A program made the translations under genes and the position numbers. This document shows, piece after piece, positions 35,701-52,084 of a stretch of DNA of 64,000 bases. The stretch is taken from assembly GCF_964355755.1 (NCBI RefSeq), contig NC_092673.1:2728001-2792000 (forward strand), read 5' to 3'. The DNA comes from Antedon mediterranea (taxonomy: Eukaryota; Animalia; Echinodermata). Numbering within the stretch: position 1 is the stretch's first letter; the number at the start of each line of letters is the position of its first letter. The notes below the pieces were generated by a model. The model ran no database searches. It saw nothing but the letters and a program-made list of their open reading frames with translations, and was not told the origin of the DNA.

Positions 35701-37872
35701 ACCTTCAGGTAAGAAATTTATTTAGACTGTTACCGTATATACATATGTGACATTGTATCATAGAATTGGCCTATGATACTGGGGTCACATACAAATTATA
35801 GATGCAATACCAGGAATACTCTATGCAATGTTACTCTCAAGATAATTTCTGAAATATTCACATTTTTAGGAACTGGAGAAGGAGTAAATATATACATAAT
35901 TGACACTGGTATCTTAGCCACTCATGTCGACTTCGAGGATAGAGCTGAAGCAGCGTATGATGCGTTAGACGGTGATGTACGTTTTTTAAATTTATTGAGT
36001 TATCTTCCCTATCACATTAAACATTTTAAGAATGAAATTTGATGATAATAATATTTCAAAACATTCATTAAGCTCTGTCTACACTATCAACCTTTATGTG
36101 ACAAAAACATGTGATGTGCCCATATATGGACATAGTGATGTCATATCACTACCATATTTGGGCATATCACTACCAAATTTAGGAACATAACACTAGTTTG
36201 ATTGTGCAGACAGAGCTGAATAAGTAAAATCCGAATATAAATAGTTGTGAATTTCTTAAAGGGTGTAGATTGCAATGGACATGGAACCCATGTTGCCGGG
36301 ACTGCTGGTGGGAAGACGTTTGGTGTGGCCAAAAAAGTGAACATTCATGGGGTTCGAGTGTTGAATTGCCAGGGAGATGGACTGACGTCTGATGTTTTAG
36401 AAGGTAGCTCAATTTCAGGCTCTCCTGTCCAATAGGCTGTTCTTTTATTGTTACCGTTCTTGTAGCCGTTTTCTTCTGAAGACAAATGGCCGCCATTGAC
36501 GGATACTTAGTATCAGTTGATTTCACTGCTGGTGTACTCAAGATCTACGATTATGCCATGCTATACAGTTTTGATTTTTTGATTTATATAACATTGAGAA
36601 TAAGAATAATAAATCCTCTTTATTAGAAAGACCTTCTCCTGCAGTTTAACAAAAATTGAATGTTGATTTTATTTTAAAGGAATGGATTGGGTTGCGGCAA
36701 ATGCCCAAAAACCTGCTGTTGCTTCAATGTCGATAGGCGGTGGATACTCCATATCACTTAATACCGCAGTCGGCGGATTATATGACATGGGTATACTATT
36801 AGTGGCAGCATCTGGAAACGAACAAATTGATGCATGTAATACGTCACCGGCATCCGCGGAAGAGGTAATGATTCCATCAACAACATAAACACAAATAAGG
36901 CACAATAAACACGAAACTGCAGCGTACATTCCCCCTTAATAAAGGTGTCCGTTGAATGAAGAAATCTTTGTATGTTTGAGACGCAAATAAAACAACCTCT
37001 ACTGTCTACCCATTCTTTATCTCCAGATATGGTATAATATGCCCAGTATCATGCAAAATATATAATACAGTGTCACATATGTAACACATGGCGCCTGGAC
37101 TATGTTATGGTACATGGTACATATGTAAGACTGTATCACAAAATCTGCCTATGATACTGGTGTAACATACACATGCGTGACACTGTATCACACAATTTGT
37201 CTATGATACTGGGAAAATTATACATCCCAGTACCTTCGATACAGTATCAAACTGTGACCTTTGATATCTTAATCTATTCTTAGGCATTCGGTGTTAGTGC
37301 TTCAGACAATTCTGACAATTGGGCAAGCTTTTCTAATACTGGAAGCTGCGTTGATCTGATTGCTCCTGGAGTTGACATTGCTAGTACATATATTGGCTCA
37401 AACACAGCAGCGGCCGTTGCCTCTGGAACTTCCATGGCTTGTCCACACGTTTCTGGTAAGTATAGTTGATTAACAAAAATGTAGCAGTTCTACTGTAAAG
37501 CTGTCTACTCTATCAAACTTTATGTGACAAAAAGTGATGTGCTCATATATGGACATGATGATGTCTGTATCACTATGATGTATCACTACCATATCTGGAC
37601 ATGTCACTACTGTATTTGGGCACATCACACTTTTGTTGTCAAACTAGTTTGATAGTGTAGACAGAGCTTAAAAGTAGGAGGAAAGCATCCAAAATATATT
37701 AAACAATTATGTTTTATTACCGACAGGTGCAGCATGCATATTACTGCAACTAGAACCAAACTTAAGTGTGGATCAACTTAGAGAAAAACTAATAAGCACA
37801 AGTACAAAAGATGTCATTAACAACGTACCTTTAAATACTGTTAACCAACTCCTTTATGTTGGAAAGTCTTAA
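32728..37872 (+). CDS. Secreted S8A subtilase B1 (~389 aa). Exons 32728-32871, 35184-35327, 35579-35708, 35870-35976, 36262-36403, 36680-36864, 37284-37455, 37727-37872
   Basis: Signal peptide, I9-like propeptide (ENQYIVKL), [38 protein letters not shown]; GT-AG introns in phase. Confidence 0.92.
33738..35151. mobile_element. Tc1/mariner (pogo-like) MITE, TA target, interrupted by a hAT element; uninterrupted copy 49191-49351, another ~58283-58464
   Basis: ta-CARTCAACTYTCCCAATACC...GGTATTGGGAGAGTTGACTG-ta. Confidence 0.7.
33843..35087. mobile_element. Non-autonomous hAT element (1245 bp) in B1 intron 1
   Basis: TIR CAGTGGCGTATCCAG; 8-bp TSD TTAGAAAG; the paralogous B2 site has a single TTAGAAAG (empty site ~49288). 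Confidence 0.9.
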
Positions 37873-40559
37873 GCCTTGTCTAAACCACCACACTGTATGC
37901 GACAACAAAATGTGATGTGCCCATATTTGGACATGATGTCATATCACTCCCATATTTGGGCACGTCACACTTTTTTTTGTCAAAACTAGTTTGATAGTGT
38001 AGACAGAGCTTTAGTCACAGACAAAACTCTACAAGTTAAGGAATGTGCACATTTTGAATTTAGTTTGGTTATTGTAAAAATACCAAAAATGTTATTGCAT
38101 GCAGTTTGTAGTAATGGAATAAAGTAAAAGAAAATTAAGTACTATTAACCTTCTAATTAAAATCCTAGGGATTTATGGACATTTTGACTGTAAATTAATT
38201 ACAATTTACAGTATATTTAATTGAATACCTTGAATTAAATTGAAATATAGAATTTAGTCTAAATGATATATGAATTAAACTACAGTAAACAAATACTAAA
38301 GTTGATTTTTGTTTGAAATTGTTTTCTTATTATATTCAAATTTAACCAACAATAAAATATAAATAACCTTCTTTGCCAAAGCAAATGTTTCGAGTCCTGC
38401 TGAAGTGATTTTATTTAGGTTACATACCAGTAAGTTATTGACAAAAAACACAATCGATCAACAACATCAAAATTAAGAGTCTATATTTAATTGTCACTTC
38501 GGAAAACGTGGTTCACAGTATTTTATTTTTGTTTTTTTGAGTCATTCAAAAATCAAATGGCACAAAATTAAACAGAACAAAAAAAATATCTTATAGTTTA
38601 ATGTTATTTTAATAAACTTAAAAAACTAAATTTTATCATAAATACATTATTATAATAATGTACCAGATTTTATGTTTTGTTTATTGGGAGATAAGAGTAT
38701 AATAAATCCCAGTGACTATGATAAATACAGAGGCTCTGGAAAATACATTTCTTGGTACCATTCTCATACTCCTAAAGAGCAATATACAGTGAATTGCATA
38801 TTTATATGCAATAAGTAGCAAAATATTATTAAATGTAAATATATACGACTCATAATATAAAGATAATTACCCTCCGTTTACAAAATCAATCAATTGCTTT
38901 CTTCTTAAATCAAATTCGTAATAGATCACTTTAGGAAAATCCCTTGTAAAGTTTGATTCTCACTAGGACGCAACGCAGTGAAATGACCAATCACAATGAA
39001 ATAATTTGAATGATCATGATTGGTCAAATTACTTTTATCCTTGTGGGAACCAAGCTTATTGTATGCGTATATTGGGAATTCCCCATATGTACAATAAAAC
39101 AATGAACAAACTTGTTTCTACCTTTAAAGGGGAATTCAAATTCATATTGCTTAATATACAATTTAAGGATTTATAATTATATTTATAATAACACCCTATA
39201 TTTTCAGAAAAGGGTGAATCAGGTTTTGTAACAAATTGGTGTTACAGGACCTATTGTTAAAAATATAAATTGTAAACTCGGAGCTACCCTTTAAGGTATT
39301 TATTTGACTCAATAGATGTATTTAACTTACACTAAAAAACACCTTGCAGTGATCTGCTCCCACTGTTGGCATATATACAGCAAGGAGTTTGAGGAGCTAG
39401 ATCTGCTGATTATCTGCTCAAAACAGCCCAGTCAAATACTCATCAGTTAACACCTCTGCTTTTTAAATTTTGTGTTTAACACTCCTATTCAAAGTATTTT
39501 GGTTGCAACGTACTAAACTGTGACCAAGTGATATTTATGCGTGGTTCCCACTAGAGACGCAACACGAAACGTATGGGATTTAACCAGTTACAGGCGATAA
39601 ATTATTTGATGACAATGTGTAGCTTATCATTGGTCAACTCGCTTGCGTTGCATCCTAGTGGGAACCAAGCTTTACTCTCACTTTTATCAGATGTTAATTT
39701 TGGTAGTGGTATCACACACTATGCTCATGAAATTGTGACGAGTCAAAAAAAAAAAAAAAAAATTTATAATATCTTTAAATTGAAGTGTGCCACGAAGTCA
39801 CCCCATGGCAGGAAAAGTATCAAATAAACAAGAAATATTTCTTACAAAAAATGCCGCGTAACTTTTTGACTGGACAGTTGTAAGAACAGCCTGCATTAAT
39901 CTAATATAATAGGTCGGCCAATCAAAACGCAAGTGAACAATTGGGACTTTACTTGTGATTTATGTCATTGGCCTGTCAGCACAGTCGTTTCTTTCTAGAA
40001 TTACGCACAAACTTGTATTGGGAGTAATGTATGTTTATGTGGTTATTACTATCGCATTTAGGTATTGATAATAATAATAATATGGCTTTTGAATATATAA
40101 TTACTGTCTGTAGAATAACATTTATACATTTTCGGTTCGCGATGAAAAGTTATATGAATGGATTTGTAATATAGGTATTTATAATAATAGTATATGGGTT
40201 GTATTATTGCTAAGCTATCACCAAATCGCGTTATAACATTATTTCTCAGAGTTTTTTGCACCATTGATCAATACCAAACGCGTATCTGTATTATAGTTTT
40301 TAATGAATCATTACATTACTAAAAATACCCAATTAAATCAATCGCGTCAGTCCAATTCCGACTTATGTTTCGATCACATAGTTCTGTGTCTACACTGTCC
40401 CAACTAGTTTAACAAAAAAAGTGTGATGTGCCCAAATATGGTAGTGATATGCCCGAATATCGTAGTGATATGACATCATCATGTCTATATAATATGGGCA
40501 CATCATATTTAGTTTGATAGTATAGACAGAGCTTAAGGATTATATTTAAAAAATGTTTT

Positions 40560-40790
40560 CTTACATTTTGAAAAAAAAGTATTTATTTGTTTATAAGCCC
40601 AATTTTCCAGTCTTAATTTTACATTTTGAAAAAAAAGTATTTTATTTGTTGATAAGCCCAATTGTGCAGTCTTATTTTACATTTTGAACGAAAGTATTTA
40701 TTTGTTGATAAGCCCAATTTTGCAGTCTTATTTTACATTTTAAACGAAAGTATTTATTTGTTGATAAGCCGAATTTCCAGTTTAATAATA
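40560..40790. repeat. ~60-bp tandem repeat (x4) with TTGATAAGCC; dispersed related copies to ~41560
   Basis: TTACATTTTGAA..AAAGTATTTATTTGTTGATAAGCCCAATT..CAGT units. Confidence 0.75.
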
Positions 40791-41872
40791 ATGACCCCTT
40801 CCACAGTGCTTATACCATATACATTTTACATGATATTGACCGTGGGTTCTTTACGCCTCTGATGCATTTGTTTTTATTGTACCTTTTTAATAAATTATTA
40901 TATGTTTAGGCCAAATCACACCCAATTTAATGAAACGGTCAGATTCTGATTTCAATTGAACGAAAGTACAGTAGTACTGTATTATTCATTGATAAGCCAA
41001 GGGTCCCATGGCGTTAGCCAATATCTTGAGTTTTTGACTCATGTCAACCTGTAACACAAATCATTCTTCAAAATCTAAAGAAAGAACCTCACACGTCTTT
41101 TTTGTGAGTGATACACTATGGATATGCCCACGAAAATAATATGTGGACATTGCAAACAATCATAGGCCTACAGTAACAAACATAACATGGCTAATAAGCA
41201 TAGCATTCAGACTGGTTTGTTTTCTAGCGGATTTTTATTTACTTTAGCATGTACAATAAAACTAGTAACAGTGGCTATATTAATAATTATACTGATTATC
41301 CTTGATGTTATCGCGTCTAATAATAAAATATTTTGTTGTTGATAAGCCCAATTTTGCAGTCTTAATAATGACCCTTCCACAGTGCATTTTACATGATATT
41401 GACCGAGGGGTTTTACGCCTCTATAGCCACTGATCAATACCATAATTAATGTACTTTTTTTAATGAAAATTGAAATGTTTCAACATACCCAATTCAATAA
41501 ACGGTCCGTTTTCGAGTTCAATCTTTTACGAAAGTATTTATTTGATTGATAAGCCAAATTTTTAGTCCTAATGATTTGAGATTCAACGGGTTTTGCTTTC
41601 AATTGTATAATAATATAATTATATATATATATAAATATAATATTAAGTATAATTATGAATTCACCAACACTTTCAGGCCCAATAACAATGATCCCGGGCC
41701 CGAGTTTTTGTAGACCGGACTTCCATGCACAGCCACATGTTAAGGAATATGAATCTCTTTATGATTTTAATATGGTTCGAAATGATATTACACAACAACG
41801 ATTAGACAGCAACTGTGCAAGAGTCCAACTAATAAAATCGGAATGATCAATTAATTAAACATTTACAGCATA

Positions 41873-42233
41873 AGGCCCATACACTAGGACGATAACGATC
41901 GACGATAAATAGACAAATATGCATTTTTAATACATAAACCAAAAGAAATATAAACAATTCATTTGATGAAAATTATATTTTCACACGTCCAATCAAATGA
42001 CGTCATGATTAGTAAGACCATTAATATCGTGACAATACAGCGATTTTATTGTTTTTATTTATCATGACGTCATTTGATTGGAATTTGAAAAACATTATTT
42101 TTATCAAAGACAGCATAAATGATTATCCTATAGGTCTAGAACGAAAACCTTTCTAATTTCTTTTGGTTTATGTAAAAAAAATGCATGCTATATATTTATC
42201 GTCCGTCGTTATCGTCATAGTGTAATTGGGCCT
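41873..42233. mobile_element. Harbinger-like palindromic MITE
   Basis: AGGCCCATACACTAGGACGATAACGA...TCGTTATCGTCATAGTGTAATTGGGCCT, with inverted arms over most of its length. Confidence 0.6.
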
Positions 42234-43395
42234 TTATACAAAAAAAATAAATTGATTACGAAGTTACATGTCATTTTCACCTATCACCAAAAAACTAACA
42301 CTAATTAATTGTTACGAAGCCAATTTATATTATATATTTCATTAAATCTGAACTTTACGGTAAATGAAGAGTAAGTGTCAGTTAATATGAATAATATAAC
42401 TAGTAGGTCTATGAACTTGCGTCCAGACACAGAACTGTGACATTACTATCATAAATGTTGAAACCACTTATAAAACCTTTTTTTAAAGAAAATATAATTG
42501 TATTAGGAGAAGGCTAATAAACAAATAGATAATGTACAAACCTTTTTCTGGATTAATTAATGAAGCAGGCGTTAATAATAATCTGCTGCTGCTACCTAGA
42601 CTGATTGTTCACCTTCTGACGATAATTGATTAGACTCCCCCCCCCCCCCCCACAGCATCTGATAACCAAAAAAAAATTTACCAGGACACTGTTTCAATGA
42701 TTCAATATCTGACGGCGTATTATTATAACATTGGCCTAGATTTACAGTCAAAAGAAAGTCATTGTAAATACCTCCCTTTATGTTGACAGAGCCAAATTAA
42801 AGTTTTGACCATTATCGAATGATTATTTGACAGTGACTTATTATAACACCGGCCTGGTTGACAGCAAAAACGAAGTTATTATTTATTGAACAAGATTTTA
42901 CAGATTTCCGTCTACATCTCAATAATACTGTATTATCAGCAAAGGCTTTCATATAGACCTTCTTCTCCCAGACGTTTTTTGGGTCCAGCAGCTACCTATA
43001 AATTATAATCGAGTTTCTAAATTCACAAAACTGTCAGCCTTAGATACTAAAGCTACCGCTATGAAACAGCTTATTAATGAATATGTCCTCCTGGGACATA
43101 GCTGGCTAGAGCCGCGGCGCGAAAAATACATATATTTGTATAATTTGTTGTACATACTACTAAAACAACAAATCTAAGGTCAAAAGATCAAAGTTCAATA
43201 ATTGACCTTTTAACCTTAGAATTCTCTATACCAATGATCACAGACATAATGGAATGACGTTCATCTTGTCATACAAAAATGGATGGACGTTTAAGGGTCA
43301 CTATGCTATTAACCCACTAGAATCCCTGTAGGCCACAAGACGCCAGTAGTGAGTGTAGACTGGGGTAGTACGATGAACACTGGCATGTGCTTAAC

Positions 43396-45383
43396 TACGG
43401 TGGCCCACAACTGTCACGCACACTATAACACAGAATCACACAATTAAAGAAGGAATTACACAATTAAAGAAGGAATTACACAATTAAAGAAGAAATCGCA
43501 CAATTAAAGAAGAAATCGCATATAAACAAAAGAAAGCATGAAAATATAAAACGAAATGCACAAATAAAGAAGAAACGCGCAATTAAAGAAGAGCTAAGCA
43601 CAATTAAAGAAGTCCGCAACAAATTCGAAAGCTCCTCGCACAATTAAAGAATTCCGCAACAAATTCGAAAGTACCTCGCACAATTAAAGAAGTCCGCAAC
43701 AAATTCGAAAGCTCCTCGCACAATTAAAGAAGTCCGCAACAAATTCGAAAGTACTTCACACACAATTAAAGTACAGTAGTCCGTATGGAACGCCATTGCT
43801 GCCTCCGGCAGCAAATTTTAATTCCATTCGGCTCTTTTACCATTACGTTCGGCTCTTTTAGCATTCGGCGCATTTCTATTCGGCCCATTTACCATTTCGT
43901 TCGGCTCTTTCAGAATTCGGCGCATTTCTATTTGGCCCATTTACCATTATGTTCGGCTCTTTCAGCATTCGGCTCTTTTTTATTCGGCCCATTTACCATT
44001 ACGTTCGGCTCTTTTTAATTCGGCCCTTTTTTATTCGGCTCTTTCTGCATTACGTTCGGCTCTTTTTGATTTGGCCCTTTTTTATACGGCGCAATTCAAT
44101 TCTAACCTTTTACATGGGATCAAATGGAAGAAAATCAACGGCTGGAAATGAGTCTATGAAAAGTTTACAAAACATATAGATGCAGCATGTAGATTGTTGG
44201 TTGAATTAAATGAATTTGAAGGCTATTTCAATATAACTAATCATTTTATTGACATGATTAATGTGTTAGTTAGAGAACTTGCAATTGTCCAACCTTATTG
44301 ACCATTTTGAGAGAGAAAAGGTTTGATTCATGGCCTAGGCTAGCTAGGCCTAGCCTAGTGTCAGCCTAACATTTAATAATAATAATTTACCCTTTCTCTC
44401 TAAAAATTTGTTAAAAGATGAATTAATTTTAGGTTATTCAACACATCCTTAATCGGTTGGCTACTCATGGTTGGCGCCATGATGATCAAATGTTTGTAAA
44501 CTTTTCATAGACTCATTTCCAGTCATTGATTTTCTTCCATTTGACCCCATGTCAAAGGTTAGATTTTAATTGCGCCATATAAAAAAATGCCGATTTAAAA
44601 AGAGCCCAACGTAATGCAGAAAGAGCCGAATAAAAAAGGGCCCAATCAAAAAGAGCCGGCCGAACGTAATGTTAAATGGGCCGAATAAAAAAGAGCCGAA
44701 TGCTGAAAGAGCCGAATGTAATGGTAAATGGGCCGAATAAAAAGAGCCGAATGCTGAAAGAGCCGAACGTAATGGTAAATGGACCAAATAGAAATGCGCC
44801 GAATGCTGAAAGAGCCGAACGTAATGGTAAAAAGGCCGAATAGAAATGCGCCGAATGGTAAAAGAGCCGAACGTAATGGTAAAAGAGCCGAATAGAATTA
44901 GAGTTTGCTGCCGGAGGCAGCGATGGCGTTCCATACGGACTACGGTACTTTAATTGTGCGAGGTACTTTCGAATTTGTTGCGGACTTCTTTAATTGTGTG
45001 AGGAGCTTTCGAATTTGTTGCGAACTTCTTTAATTGTGCGAGGTACTTTCGAATTTGTTGCGGACTTCTTTAATTGTGCGAGGAGCTTTTGATTTTGTTG
45101 CGAACTTCTTTAATTGTGGGAGGAGCTTTCGAATTTGTTGCGGACTTCTTTAATTGTGCGAGGAGCTTTCGAATTTGCTGCGGACTTCTTTAATTGTGCT
45201 TAGCTCTTCTTTAATTGCGCGTTTCTTCTTTATTTGTGCATTTCGTTTTATATTTTCATGCTTTCTTTTGTTTATATGCGATTCCTTCTTTAATTGTGTG
45301 ATTTCTTCTTTAATTGTGTGATTTCTTCTTTAATTGTGTGAATATGATTTATATAGTGTGCGTGACAGTTGTGGGCCACCGTA
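43396..45383. mobile_element. Foldback DNA transposon derivative, copy 1 (TACGGTGGCC...GGCCACCGTA termini; IS3EU-like or TA-target)
   Basis: ~800-bp inverted arms made of 20-bp and 40-bp repeats (CACAATTAAAGAAG) and TTCGGCTC repeats, with a ~315-bp central spacer and no transposase. Confidence 0.8.
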
Positions 45384-47265
45384 CGGTGGCCCACAACTGT
45401 CACGCATACTATAACACAGAATCACACAATTAAAGAAGGAATTACACAATTAAAGAAGGAATCACACAATTAAAGAAGAAATCGCACAATTAAAAAAGAA
45501 ATCGCATATAAACAAAAGAAAGCATGAAAATACAAAACGAAATGCACAAATAAAGAAGAAACGCACAATTAAAGAAGAGCTAAGCACAATTAAAGAAGTC
45601 CGCAACAAATTCGAAAGCTCCTCGCACAATTAAAGAAGTCTGCAACAAATTTGAAAGCCCCTCGCACAATTAAAGAAGTCCGCAACAAATTCGAAAGCTC
45701 CTCGCACAATTAAAGAAGTCCGCAACAAATTCGAAAGTACCTCACACACAATTAAAGTACAGTAGTCCGTATGGAACGCCATTGCTGCCTCCGGCAGGAA
45801 ACTTTAATTCTATTCGGCTCTTTTACCATTACGTTCGGCTCTTTTAGCATTCGGCGCATTTCTATTCGGCCCATTTACCATTACGTTCGGCTCTTTCAGC
45901 ATTCTGCTCTTTTTTATTCGGCCCATTTACCATTACGTTCGGCTCTTTCAGCATTCGGCTCTTTTTAATTCGGCCCTTTTTTATTCGGCTCTTTCTGCAT
46001 TACGTTCGGCTCTTTTTGATTTGGCCCTTTTTTATGCGGCGCAATTAAATTCTAACCTTTTACATGGGGTCAAATGGAAGAAAATCAACGGCTGGAAATG
46101 AGTCTATGAAAAGTTTACAAAACATATAGATGCAGCATGTAGAGTGTTTGGTTGGTTGAATTAAATGAATTTGAAGGCTATTTCAATATAACTAAATCAT
46201 TTTATTGACATGATTAATGTGTTAGTTAGAGAACTTGCAATTGTCCCACCTTATTGACCATTTTGAGAGAGAAAAGGTTTGATTTATGGCCTAGGCTAGC
46301 TAGGCCTCGCCTAGTGTCAGCCAAACATTTAATAATAATAATTTACCCTTTCTCTTCCAAAATTTGTTAAAAGATGAATTAATTTAGGTTATTCAACACA
46401 TCTTTAATCGGTTGGCTACTCATGGTTGGCGCCATGATGATGAAATGTTTGTAAACTTTTCATAGACTCATTTCCAGTCGTTGATTTTCTTCCATTTGAC
46501 CCCATGTCAAAGGTTAGATTTTAATTGCGCCATATAAAAAAATGCCGATTTAAAAGGAGCCCAACGTAATGCAGAAAGAGCCGAATAAAAAAGGGCCGAA
46601 TCAAAAAGAGCCGAACGTAATGTTAAATGGGCCGAATAAAAAAGAGCCGAATGCTGAAAGAGCCGAACGTAATGGTAAATTGGCCGAATAAAAAAGAGCC
46701 GAAAGCTGAAAGAGCCGAACGTAATGGTAAAAAATGGGCCAAATAGAAATGAGCTGAATGCTGAAAGAGCCGTACGTAATGGTAAAAAGGCCGAATAGAA
46801 ATGCGCCGAATGGTAAAAGAGCCGAACGTAATGGTAAAAGAGCCGAATAGAATTAAAGTTTGCTGCTGCCGGAGGCAGCGATGGCGTTCCATATGGACTA
46901 CTGTACTCTAATTGTGCGAGGTACTTTCGAATTTGTTGCGGACTTCTTTAATTGTGCGAGGTACTTTTGATTTTGTTGCGAACTTCTTTAATTGTGCGAG
47001 GAGCTTTCGAATTTGTGCGGACTTCTTTAATTGTGCTTAGCTCTTCTTTATTTGTGCATTTCTTTTTATATTTTCATGCTTTCTTTTGTTTATATGCGAT
47101 TCCTTCTTTCTTTAATTGTGTGATTTCTTCTTTAATTATGTGATTCCTTCTTTAATTGTGTGATTTCTTCTTTAATTGTGTGATTCCTTCTTTAATTGTG
47201 TGATTCCTTCTTTAATTGTGTGAATATGATTTATATAGTGTGCGTGACAGTTGTGGGCCACCGTA
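45382..47265. mobile_element. Foldback element copy 2, directly abutting copy 1 in the same orientation
   Basis: Junction GGCCACCG-TA-CGGTGGCC shares one TA; repeat counts and point differences distinguish it from copy 1. Confidence 0.8.
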
Positions 47266-48166
47266 TACATCGGACGTTAGGCGTTAAAAAAAATATGGCT
47301 CTCACTTTCCATAGAATACTGTACATATTCTCTTCCCTATCTCATCCTTAATGCTTAGTTTTTACTAGAGACGCAACACAAGGACGTAACGCAACGCAAC
47401 GTAAGTGAGTTGACCAATCACAAGCGATGGATTATTCGAACTATTGCTTGTCATTGGTCAACACACTTACTTGCGTTGCGTCCTAGTGGGAACCAAGCTT
47501 AAAAAAAACAATGTTCAGTGCCATGCACTATGTGCTGAAATACATTCCATATGATAACACTTTTCGCAGCTGTTGGTGTATAGAGTTCACCAGTTAAAAT
47601 AAAATTTGAAGAAACCATTGGTTTGTTAAAGCATGGGTTAAAGAAACATCCACCCAGGCATTTTTTTAAACACCCCATCCTTATTGTACGACAGTGTTCT
47701 CTCATTCCAAAATAAATGTTTACTGCTCTCTATATACTTAATATTCTTACATAATTGTGTTACACATATTGTGTACATCAATTGGTTTCAATTACTATAT
47801 ATTTTATAATAACAGTTATAATTATGTATAACTTGAAGAGATATCAGAATAAAATATAATTTAATATATGAAGTAAACTTGGTGGTGAAATTTGTTTTAT
47901 GTGTGTGTTTGTGTACACTATTTCTAGTGTAAAATCTTGTATCCCTATTGAGCTACCAGTGTTTGTACGACGTCACTAACATGTTGTACCAGCAGTTAAG
48001 TTTATTCATGAATTGTCTGTTTTATTATATTACAAATTACACAGTGTGATATGATAGTTAAAGTTGCTGGTTGTTGGGGACATTGTTAATTCAAAAACAA
48101 ATGCATAGACTAACTAAGACAACACTCCGGGTGTAGTCAATTATATACTTTAAGAAATCTTTAACC

Positions 48167-52084
<3,918 letters not shown>

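Larger units (their letters stand above)
31670..43279. repeat. Segmental duplication B, copy 1 (copy 2 is 43280-54185)
   Basis: Near-identical colinear sequence. Copy 1 alone has 33843-35087 and ~39827-43120; copy 2 alone has 43396-47265. The junction at ~43279 joins eRF1-downstream sequence to the WDR91 124-bp repeat. Confidence 0.9.

Noticed and set aside
43785-47143. MERHCCLRQ... ORFs occurring four times
   Set aside because: They fall in the repetitive inverted arms of the foldback element, vary in frame and length between copies, and have no transposase motifs.
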